Source: Podarcis tiliguerta
Taxonomy: Eukaryota
Direction: 5' to 3' (one strand)
DNA length: 64,000 nucleotides
Assembly (NCBI GenBank): GCA_965153285.1
Contig: OZ229112.1
Shown: in pieces, positions 1 to 12,000 of the stretch
How positions within the stretch are numbered: position 1 is the first letter of the stretch
How the letters are laid out: every line of letters begins with the position of its first letter
Notes under the pieces: model-generated
Told to the model about the DNA's origin: nothing
Databases searched by the model: none
Seen by the model: the letters and a program-made list of their open reading frames with translations, nothing else
Position numbers and translations under genes: made by a program

Positions 1-1299
1 TACACAATTATTCAAATTTTTAAAAAAGGAAATGGGAGGGGAATCAAATATGAGCTTGAGTAGGCCCTTTCCTGTGCTGTCTTAGACCACAACGCGGCAC
101 TACTGTGAATTATGGCAGCTTGCAGGCTGATGAGAATGTCAAGTAAATGGTTGCACTTGTTCTTCTTTGGGGTTTTTGCATGGTGCCTTGTGCTCAATGT
201 GTGGCAGGTAAAGCTGTGGATACAGCTCACAGTCTGCACAAGGGTAACTTAAGTGTGTAAAACATTATCTGTCATGCCCTTGAGAAGATGAACAATTCAT
301 TATATACCCTTAGCATATAAGTAGCTTAAATATATGGAAATCTTTTGTTTAGGGAATCCATGCTTAACAGTTATATTGGCTTCATATCTGCATCTTATTG
401 GATATATATAGTTTTGCTCTGTTACCTATTAAATGCAGAATACCTCCTTTTACTGCCCTTGGTACTTCATTTTCCCTAACCACTCCAGCTTTTATTGTTT
501 TGTTGTAGTTTTTATTTTGTTAGAAGTTTCTGAACCAGACTAATGGTTCCTTTTGTAGAGATCTCATGAGACCCTTTGTGCTCACCTACCGTCTCCTGGT
601 CCTATGAGATCTTTATGCACAATAGGGAATGAAACGGGTTAGCCTGTATGCAGCCATGGGACTGTTCTGTGATTTGGCATGTAAGGACTTCACTAATCAG
701 CCTGCGGAGGCCATCCTAATACTGCGAATATGCAGAATCATAGAGGGAAAGAACAGTCTGGCAGAATGGGAAAGGGATAGGGAGTGTATGTTGGAAAACA
801 TTGTAAATAGGCAGCAGTTTGCGGGGTGGATTGGGGACTGCAGAAGGCAATGGGGGCAAGCTTCTGCTGAGAGGAAAGGTTTTTCACTGTTTTTCTTGGG
901 TTTAAAAAAATATAATGCTCATGTGGCCTTGGTAAACATTCTCCACATCCAGACTGGCCTTCAAGAGTCCTAGTAATTAATATATTGGATCATTCTGAAG
1001 ACATTAAAACACACCAGTTAAAATCATGCATTGATGAATGTGTCACATGTTAAATGGTCTTGCTTCAAACCTAGTGTGTGGTAGTACATACATTGGTAAA
1101 ATCATAAAATGGTAAGATCAACTTTGAGATCTACAGGGCACTAAATGAATAACATAATGAATAAAACTTGGAATAACTTGGAATAATTTTTCTATCTGTT
1201 CACTGCTATTTCCAGATCTTAAATTCTATTCCACATTAGTTTTTGATAGTAGGTATTAAAAAAATTCTGTGAGCTAGGGTCAGTCACGTTATGAGAGTA

Positions 1300-2930
1300 T
1301 TTCTCAATAGAGCACTAAGCTGCAGATGTGAAACTGACTACCAGTGTCCTTGGCACACCTGGCCTTACCAGCAAGGATCTTCATGATCCCCCTGCTTTAT
1401 TGCTGAGAGCTTCATCCTTGCGCTTTAAGGAAGGCATATAGTATTGTACAGAGGCCAGGCTGTGGCGTTCATACTCAGTTTATGCATGCTCCACAACCAT
1501 GCATCCTGTGCTGCCTATTCTGATGTTGATTAAATACGTTAGTTGGGTCTGACCCAAAAGCCATCTTAGCTACAGCAATAAGATTTCAAACCAGGCTTAG
1601 CAAACAACATCTTTGTAAGTGTTAACATTCAGTGCTGTGAAAAGGGTTCTGGTTGCCATATTGGGATGTATAAGACCTCTAAGGCAGCATTTTCCCATTC
1701 TCTTCACAGTTAGTATAGTCAGGGTAGCACAAATGTTTAAACAATAAAGTCCTCTATATAGTGTTTGCAGGCTTTTGCCAAAACACGTCGTCACTTAGTC
1801 TTCATAATACGATGCTTCTCCTCTCTTGCAGCCTCTGTTAGCACCCCTTGAAATGAATGGGCAGTTCACACCTCAGAACTATTGTTCCAGGCTGTCTGCA
1901 AGCTCAGGCAAACATCGCTGCATTGGTTGCACTTTGATCACATTCTTGGAAGGTTTTGTCTTCACAAGCATAGAGACTTCCTTTAGAGACTTCTAGAAAT
2001 GAAAGATGAGACTCTGGAGGGCAATTGAGAGGCCTGCCCCTGCCACCCAACGTCCTAGTCCTTTGTTACCCCTGTACCCTCACACTTTGGGGGGAAACGC
2101 TGCTCTAGAGGGAGATACTGAGTTACCGTTGATCACCTCTAGCAGCAGGTACAGTGGCATTGCAATGTTGGCGGAGGCTGTTGGGCCGTTTGGCTGCAGA
2201 ATTTGTGCTGTGTGCAGTTGCCGAAGCCCTGAGTGGAGGTCTGTGGTCTCAAAGGAGAGAGGTAGGTGAGACAGAGACCCTTCTCCCCACCCCACCCCCA
2301 CTCAGATGACACATCTCGCAGGTGAGGGACCCTGCGATAGCCTTGATGGCAAGAGAGAAGCCATCTGGGGCTGGACGGAGGCTCCTCCCTGGCAGCGTGG
2401 TGTGGACAACGCAGAGCTGTTCTCCTTTTCAGGGGGTCATCTCTCTGCCACACAGCTGCTTACAGCATACAAGCACATCACTTAAGAGCTGTATATTCCT
2501 CCAGCGTCAGCTGCCATTGCAGGGACTGTGATCCCTCCTCGGAGAGGCACTCTGTGTCTTTCAGAGGTGGGATGGCCTCTCCTTTGCTGCTCAGCGGGTG
2601 CAGAGCAGTTTGCTAGAAGCAGAATTTGCCTGTGGGGTCCAAGGCCTCTCTCCGATTGTGGCCTTTGATGGTGTCATTGCAGCCAGTATTTGAAAGGGCT
2701 GAGGTGAGGTGAACAGAGGGTAACTGTTGTGTGGGGCAGCTGGTACCCTCTGTGTGATAAAGCGGAGACTTCTCCATGTCCCCAAGAGAGTATAGCGATT
2801 TTATTGGTAAGGAAGGGGGATCCCATGCACGAGTGCATGGTCTCGCCTTCCTCATCGCCAGACACAGGAGCTGTTCATACGATGATGGTGTCTTCCTGCT
2901 GCCAAGCAGCTGTTAGGTACAACTTGTGAC
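1300..2930 (-). mobile_element. Possible heavily degraded DIRS-like retrotransposon remnant
   Basis: Broken minus-strand peptides (RDDPLKRR; ASANIA..NSVSPSRAAFPP..YRGNKGLG; SLLVRPGVPR) loosely resemble DIRS gag and methyltransferase-like motifs; many stops and frameshifts; boundaries approximate. Confidence 0.3.
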
Positions 2931-2955
2931 TGTGGAACATCCTTCTCTCTTCCAG

Positions 2956-3056
2956 GACTCATAACAATCTGTATATGCCAGAGATGGTGGCCAGGTTTGG
3001 GGAAACCTTTGCAAAGGCCTTAGACCTGCTGGAAGTGGAGAAGAATGCCATCCTAG
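2956..3056 (+). CDS. XPO5: XPO5 exon (THNNLYMPEMVARF...KNAIL)
   Basis: ttccag acceptor, gtaagt donor, 101 nt. Confidence 0.95.
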
Positions 3057-6000
3057 GTAAGTATCTGCTCCTCTTCATTGCACTTCTACAGCTTGTGTGT
3101 TAATCTTTACAGCCGCTGTGTTCTCTTCAAGATGCATAAATTGTTACCTTAGCTGCAGTCAGGGCATTCTGCTTAAAACAACCATATGCTGCATTTCTCT
3201 AGCTCAACAAGAGTTTGAAGTAGGCCTAGGCAAATGTAGTTACCCAAGGATTGAGCTCTTGCCTACTTGTCTGCTTGCCTGCCATGTGTGTGAGAGAGCA
3301 ACACTTTTTGTGCAAGATTTTTGCTGCCTTGATTTTTGCTGGGAACAGGAATAGGCACCATGTCATATAATGACTGTGCAAGTAATGTTAAACTGTGATT
3401 TAGTGGTGCCTGCATGAGCAGGAAGGAGCCGCCCTGATCCTTGGGCTGCCCACACACAAGAGAAAGACCTCAGCAGAATTTTGATTCACTTCCCATGAAA
3501 CGTGGTTTGTTGTTCTGTACAAGCCGGAGTCTGGAGTTTAAAACAAATTCATTTCCTTTGTGTCACTCAAGATATGTCCTAAGCCTTTGATTTGCCTAGT
3601 TTTTCTAGCAAGATCCAAGAAGTTCCTGGCCCAGGAGAAGGGCTTTTTAATTTCTAGCTGACTTATTTGCCATCTCCTGGCTTAGTTGAGGAGGTTGAAT
3701 TGGCCTAATAACACACAGGTTCACCATTTTCTGGTGACCCATCACCAAGAGGCTTTCCAGATCTTAACTCTCAACCCCAAGGGTCAGGGACCTCAGGCCC
3801 AGGGGCCTAATGTGGCCTTTCGGGCGATTCTGACCTCCCCACAGCCCACACGCCTCACAAGACTTTTTCCGCCACCCTCCTGCAATGTGACTGGAATGTG
3901 TCCCTGAACTGTGGTACTGCCTCTTGCTTGGTCTGGATGGAAAGGAGGGTGGGTATATGTGTCGAAACCTCTGACTTGCAGGGCTGAAATGTGACCTACT
4001 GTACAAAAGGAAGAGTCACCTCCGTTGCTGCTCCCACTTACGCCTCTAGCCCTGCCCCCACCATTGATATGCATCTGCCAGAAGGTTGCCCATGAGTGAA
4101 TGCAGCCTTGGGGCTGAAGAAGGTTCCCTACTTCTGCTCTAAATTCACCACATTTTCAGAGGAGGGTTGACTTTTAGAGACGATCTGTACAATTGTGACA
4201 CGGAGCTGGATTCTAATTCTGCCTCAGGGCCACTTCTTACATAAATCTTACAATGTGGCTAGCTCTGTGTACCTATGTAGCCTGTGCTCATGTCATGCCA
4301 GGTAGAGACGACTGCTTTAGATTTGTTTTGCAAAGGATCTTCTAAACCATTTCAGGCACTGATGCATCTTAAGTTATACAATCTCTGACACAGGTAGAAA
4401 TGTATATGATTAGAATGTCCAATGTGCTTTGGAGAAATTGTTAAAACATGCCAGCTTTCTTCTAGTTCAGCCTGAGATAATGTGACTAGAGTATCACATT
4501 TTTTTTCTGGCCTTCCTACCAGCTTTTAAAGCTATAGCAGCAGCGTTGCTCTAGATAGATCCTGCAACCCTGATTATATATCCACATCTGTGTTTGCTCC
4601 TTTTGGTGGCTCCCCAAACAGTCTCATTACATGATTTCCTGTAATAATCCTTTTTTCTTCCATTAGCATTTCATTTGCTTGTGGAGATGAACCTATTCAC
4701 TGATAATATTTCACTCTTTTTAGGCCTTCCTCAGCCTCTGCTGGAAATTTATGACTCTCCTGTTTACAAAACAGTGCTGGAAAGGATGCAGGGCTTTTTT
4801 TGTACCCTGTATGACAACTGGTAAGAACTTCAATGATTTAGGAAAAAAACTTGTGGAATGCACATAAACAGCAGCAGATCAAAAGGCATACAGTGCAGTT
4901 TGGTGCCCTTTATCTACTATAATTTCTTGTCTCGTGAACTTTTATTGCCTCATTCAATAAAACCATCACCGTCCTGGGAGCTGTTGGTGCAGCCTCACTC
5001 CCACCACCTTCCCTGGGCCGACTTAAGAAAGACCTGTGTGCCCTGAGGGAAGCCAGAAACAAGGAACCTCAGACAAGGAAACGGGCCATCGACTCCTGAG
5101 GTTGGCCTGAGAATATTTTGTACCAATTGTTTGTTCTAATATTTTAAATGTGTAAAGCACCTTGGGTGCCTTGGCCTTTGGGACAAAAGGGTTGGTATCA
5201 GTTTATGTCCTGCCTGTAAGCTTTGTAGGAATTTCCAACTGATCACTGTCAGAGACAGAATGCTGGACTAGTTGGACTTTGGTCTGACCCCAAAAGGCAA
5301 TCCTCCTTTTCACAAATGAATAAGCAAACACAAATCTGTATCTTCAGAGCAGAATGTCTTCCAACCGTCATGTTTGTTGTCTAAATTGAATTGTCTTTTG
5401 AATTGCAGTTTCCATGTCCTGGGGAATGCTGGCTCTTCAATGCAGCAAGATTTCTACACAGTAGAGGGCCTAGCAACTGAGCTGCTCAACTCTGCTTTTC
5501 TCAACCTAAACAACATCCCTGACTATAGACTCCGCCCCATGCTTCGTATCCTTTATCTGATGTTTGTTGCTAGGCTCTCCTTCCAAAATCATTTTTGACT
5601 TCCTCTCTTTGTCCATGACATGAGAGGTCTTCTTTTCAAAATAGTACTAACGATGTCCTGCTCCCTTTGCCTTCCTTCTGCACCTGACCACACCTGGTGC
5701 AGATAGTTCACTTCTCAGAAAAAAATATATGGAAAAGAGCAGAATATCTGGAGGAGGCATGTCTGCTAGGGTTTCAAAACAATATGGGAAGAAATGGCTC
5801 AGAATGGTTCTGGCTCTGTGTCTAAGTTGGAGATTTCCAACAGAGTTCCCAGTAAATGATTTTCCTGTCCAAACAGCCACAGCAATCATCCTAGTTCTTC
5901 ATCTTCACTTTCAGCCAAAATGGTAGGAAGCCCAGTTTGCAGAACTTGTGGCCCTCTTTTCAGAATTCAGCCCTCCAACCATGTATTGTGGCCTGCCATG

Positions 6001-9000
6001 TGTTTAACTCCCTTTTTTTTCGAGGAATAAAAAGCCTGTATAAATCAGCCTTTCTTCTCAATTCAGATTTATGGAGCATTTTAAGTAGGAGCGGTTTGTG
6101 CAGTTGCCTGTACCGATCAGGCTTTGGGATTTCTGGTGATGGAGTTGGTCTCCTAGTCTGTTTATCATTAAAGGAGAGCTTCAGCCGCAGGGCTGGGTGG
6201 TTCAGTAGTTTGTCATGTGGAAATGCTGATGCTTATGCTAGACTTCTTTAACTCACTCCGCACAGGTGTGTTTGTGAAGCCCTTGGTCCTTTCCTGTCCA
6301 TCTGAACACTATGAATCTCTTATCTGTCCTATACTTGGACCACTCTTCACCTACTTGTATGTGGTAAGAAACAGCATGTGTATGACTTGCATCATTTGCT
6401 GCTGTTACTGGCCAGGGCTTCCAGACTTCGTTGTCGTTCAGGGTTCTGAAATGCATTTGTTACATTTACATCCTGCCCCTTCTCCAGAGAGCCCCGAGTT
6501 TCACTTCAGCAATATTGTATGAAGCAGGTTAAACTGGGATAGAATTTATGAAATTTGGTCACAGACCAGTTCCAGCTCACATACAATATCAGGGAAGTCA
6601 TAAAACATGATAGGGATACATTTGAATTTGCAATTGGGTATAACAGGGGCAATACAGATATAGCAGCAGTTAAAAATATGTAAGTTAAATCTTAATCACT
6701 AAAATATAACCTAAAATTGTTAAACTGGGATATGGTGGCTTGCCCAAATACTTAGGTAATACTATCGTTGGGGACACATTTTAACCAGGTTTCCTGGATG
6801 CAAGACAGCTCTCTAGAGACTAATGGTCACTGGCTCAGGCTTCAGATTTTAGCCCAACAACGAGGTCTAGGAGGCTTCATGCTCTGTAGCAAGGTGAAGC
6901 TTAGTGAACTCTCAAAAGCTGAAGGGGCTGAAAAGTGCAGCTGAGCAAAATGTCTTGCATGGAAAGGGAAGGCTTTCATGTCCTGCATAGTTCTCTGCTC
7001 ATTTCCATAAATAGCAGAATCAGAATTGATGAGGTGTTACTTTGCATAATTTAAATGGATTACCAAATTCAGTTTTTATTGTCACATAATTTGGGTCCCC
7101 TTGACATGGAACACACACAGCCCTGAGTGTATCTCATTGATTGCCTTCATGTCATGCTACTGTTCTTTGTTTGTTCCTTTCTGTCAGAGGCTGTCCCAGA
7201 AATGGCAGGTGATCAACCAGCGAAGTGTGCTTTGGTAAGTGTGATGGCTTAAAGGAAACCGGGGGGACTGCTACTCAAAAATGCCACTTGATGTCTGCAC
7301 TACTGCAGTCTCTCTGGAAGGGGGCAACCAAAGCAGTAACATTTTCTAAAACACCGACTAAAAGATGTGGGGAAATTAAAAGGTTTTCACCTCGTGCCCA
7401 GAGGTCAAAGAGTTCAGAATATCTTTTCTAAGGAGAGTGCCCCAAGGTCTAGGTGCCGCAACCAAAAATATCCTTTCCCATGCTTCCTCTTGATTGTGGA
7501 AGTGCCTAGAGAAGGGCTCTACCAACCGTGTCTAGCATCAGGCAACTTCATGGGAGTGCAAACAGTCTTCTGGATTACCTGGGTCCCAAGCAGTTATGGT
7601 TAAGACCAGCAGCTTGAATTATGTTCATAAATAGGCCAGAAACAGTGAGAGATGTTCCTTGCGGCTGTATTTTGCACAATTTTAAATAGCCAAGTAGTCA
7701 TCAAAGGTAGCCCCACATATAATACATTAAAATAGCATAACCTGAGTGTTCTGAGGGCAACAATAACAAATACAAGATTGCTTCTGTCCAGGGTAAACAG
7801 ACATCTACCTGAGCTGTGTTTTCTGTCACAGATAACCATTTGGGCATCAAAAGTAAAGGCTAGATCTAATTGCACCCCAGGTTATGAACCTGATCCTTTA
7901 GGAGAGTGCAACCCTGCCTAGGACAGACTGAACCTCACTGCCCAGGACAGATGAGCTACCCATCAACATTACCTTCATCTTGGTGATGCTATCATGCTCA
8001 GCTTCAGTTGTAGTCCTCAGGTCTATCTTGCGTTTTTAAAATTGATCATCTTTTCCTTCAGCAGTGACGAAGATGCAGCAGATGACAACCCAGAATCCCA
8101 AGAGATGTTAGAGGAGCAGCTAGTTAGGGTGCTTACCCGAGAAGTTGTGGATCTAATTGGTGAGTGAAACTGGTAGGTTGCATGAAAAGCCTAGCCATCT
8201 GTAGTATGTCTCTCTGAGCAAAATAAATTCCAGTAGTAAGTTTATTCTGGGATTTGTGGGACCACAGTGGCTTGCTGTGATAATTCTTAATCTTGTTTTT
8301 CATGCTCCAAAAGTGCTTCCATTGTCAAAGCTGTCATTTTTCAGTCTTACGCCGCACACCCAATTTAAGCCTAAATAGGGCCTAGAATACTGCTTTTCAG
8401 TCTGTGTTCCTTGGAAGTTTATTAATTCCTTAATTGGAGAAAATAGTAGTGAGAGACAAGCTGCCCAAAATGTATGGCAACGGAGTTGGGCATGTTGTAC
8501 AGCCCACTATATTTTCACACAGGGTGGCAGCAAGGCCAAAACAATTCTGCCAGCACCTTGTGGGATCTGATAGCATGACCTAAAATGTGGCCCAGAATCC
8601 TTTGCAATATGTGGCGATTTTGCAGTAGAGGAACAGGACTTCATTAGCAGATAAATGTCCGTAGAAATTGTTCCCTGAAAATAAGGAGTTTGGAAGCCAC
8701 TGACCTAAATAATTGCCATCATTTTTGGAACTGGGTCTTACAGCTTCCTTTGCCATTTGGTTTAGGTGTCCAAGACACATAACCAAGCAATAGCCTTTCT
8801 CTAGTGACCTCCAGAGTGCTTCATATGTAGGTTTCCAACCATAACAAACCTCTCACCCTGATGGGAGGCTTAGAGGAAATACTGTTCCATTTGAAATACA
8901 TTTTGCTCTGCAAAGGTGGGTTTCACTCCTTTCCTCCTTATTATACATTATCAATATATAGTAATATCTTCCTATAGACATAAAAATGCAAGGCTGTCAT

Positions 9001-12000
9001 CATGCATAGCTCCCATTGGAAATCCCATCCCGGATTTGTGTGAAGTCAGGGTGGGATATGGTGTTGAAGATGTGAGAGGAGAAAGATGCCGGAGGTTCCC
9101 ACAGGAGTAGCCTATGTGAAAGGGAAATTACACAAAGGATGGGGGAGGACACATGAACACGGGGGCGAAGGTGAAAATGAGTACAAAGTGAGACTGGAGA
9201 ATAGAAGAGAGGTGGTTTTAGAAATGGGGTGGGGAAGGTGAAAAGTGAACTTAGTTGTTGCTTCAGGTGAGAAGGGGAAGCCCTAGGAGGTTAATGTGGA
9301 AGAATGGGAGGGGGATTGGCTAACAGAGCAAGGAGGGCACGGCCTCCAGGGCATTTATATACATATAAAGGCATTGCAAAGGAAGAATTAAGTTGGGTAG
9401 TCCTGAGGGGGATGTGTAATGTCTTGTAAAGTGTTTTCCCCTGTGAATATCTCACATCTTTCCCCCTCTGGTGTATTTGCAGCTGTTTGCTGTGTCGCAA
9501 AGAAGGGTGCTGAGCAGAACAGTGCTGTTGCTGCAGATGGAGATGGTGAGGAAATGGATTGTCCTTTCTGTTCCACATTTGAGGTCCTCTATTCCGGATC
9601 AGATTAATCATTAAGCTAACAAATCTATGGACTCTCAGTTTCCCACCTCAGCCATGAAGCTGAGGTGCCATGAAGAATGCATTCATGCTGCCTTTTTTCC
9701 CCCGTAGATGAGGAGATGATGTCTACAGAGGTGACTCCACCATCTAATTCTGAGCTCACTGAATTGGGCAAGTGTTTGATGAAGCAAGAGGTAAGGAAGC
9801 TGAGCTTCCATTCCTTCCCCATGTTGTGTGCACATTTTGAAACAGACTTTCCTTTAGTAGACCCTTCTAAGCCTAAAACAGAGCTCTGAACTTTTATTGG
9901 CGAAACCCTTGGCCTTAGAAATTCAGTAACAGTTGTGAGCTTCAGTCAGCCAAATGTGCCCTCCGCATATCTAGGTTCCTGGGCAAATCTGAGTCCGAGA
10001 TGGCTGATTGTCCTGGACGAACTGGAAGGGCATCAGGGAGCTTTCATGGCTGATATGATCATAAATCCTTTTTCAGCCTTTTTTACTTTGGCCTTCTTCA
10101 GTATCACAGCACATTATACAATACTTACACTCAAGAGCCTTTGTTCTCAGGAACCAAGAACAAATCTCACAGGCTGCCACGTGTCTATCTTTTCTCTCTC
10201 CAGAATGTCTGCAGTGCGCTCCTGGTTACAGCCTTCACATCCCTTTCATGGAAAGATACATTGTCCTGCCAAAGAACTACCACAAATCTGTGCTGGCCGC
10301 TGCTCAAAGAGGTGCTTCCATTACAGGGGCTAGTAGGGTGGAGTGTGGTGAAGATGAATATGGCCAAGAGTTAGTGATTCCTTTTGGGCACAGTGTGCAT
10401 AGTATGAGTGAATCGTAGAAATCACCTTTTCTGGGAAGATGGGTAGAATCTGGGTTATCTTGCTACATGTTCATCTGTCTTCTGTAGGCGCTTACAAAGA
10501 ACATGATGATTCCTGAAGCAGTGGCCTGGTTTTTCAGAAGTGTATTGACAGGTTTACAAGTACATGGGCAACATGACGGGTGTATGGCAGCTCTCGTTCA
10601 CTTGGCCTTCCAGATCTATGAAGCTTTGGTAAGGGGAAAGAATTTCTCTTTCTGTCTGCTGCCATCTTTGAGGATTAGTGGTGATGCAAGCCCACTGAAC
10701 CACCCCCTATGACCTGATTTGGATCTGGGAGGGAGGCTCTTAATTTCCCAGGGCTTATGTGTTGGTTTTGTTCTGGTAACGATCCCTGTTCACTATCTTC
10801 TTTGCTATTTGAAGCGTCCACGGTATGCTGAGCTGAAAGCAGTGATGGAACAGATTCCAGAAATTCAGAAAGACTCCCTGGAACAGTTTGATTCCAAGCT
10901 ACTCAACGTAACGCTACAGAAAGTAACAGACAAGCGCCGGAAGGACCATTTTAAACGCCTGATCGCAGGCTGCATAGGGGTAGGTTGTGGCATCAAGCAG
11001 CACAGAAACAGCTCTCTTTCCTACCTCCAGGGGAAAAAATGTTGTTGTTTTCATTTATGAATTGCTTCCCATGAGGCATCCCGAAGCAATTTACAACTCT
11101 CTCTACTTAGGCTACTGTTAGATCAGTGACAGCTTTTTTTAGCCTATTAGTCCTGACTCTAGGTCCCACCAGCCTCGGGTTAGTCACAACAGTAGCAAAA
11201 CTCAAATGCCTTTCTCTTGAGATCTAGTTCTCTTTTTTTTAAAAAAAAGGACCTAGGCATGTATTGGCTGCATGGATAAGTATACAGCTTCAATGCAAGA
11301 TCCGCTGTGGTGTAATTGTTAAAGAGTTTTGGACTAGGACTTGGGAGACCCATGTGTAAAATCCCCACTCAGCCATGAAACGCACGGGGTGACCTTGAGC
11401 CTGTTGCTCTCCCCCAACCTAATGTACATTTGGGAGGATAAAATGAGGAGGCGGAGAACCATGTTTGCCACTTAAAGCTCCTTGGAGGAAAGATAGGATA
11501 TATAATAATAAAAGTATTAAATAAATAATCACAGTTTGAAAGCAGAATATGCTGATCTTTAGAGCAAAGGTTAAAAGTACCTCTCTCATAGCTTGTAATC
11601 GGTGGCAGGCCAACTGTTAAGAATGCATTAGCAGGGAGAAAGGTAAAGGGACCCCTGACCATTAGATCCAGTCGTGACAGACTCTGGGGTTGCGGCGCTC
11701 ATCTCGCTTTATTGGCCGAGGGAGCCGGCGTACAGCTTCCGGGTCATGTAGGCAGCATGACTAAGCCGCTTCTGGTGAACCAGAGCAGCGCACGGAAATG
11801 CCGTTTACCTTCCTGCCGGAGCAGTACCTATTTATCTACTTGCACTTTGACATGCTTTCGAACTGCTACGATGGCAGGAGCAGGGACTGAGCAACGGGAG
11901 CTCACCCCATCACGGGGATTTAAACTGCCGACCTTCTGATCGGCAAGTCCTAGGCTCTCTGGTTTAACCCACAGCGCCACCCGCATCCAGCAGGGAGAAA

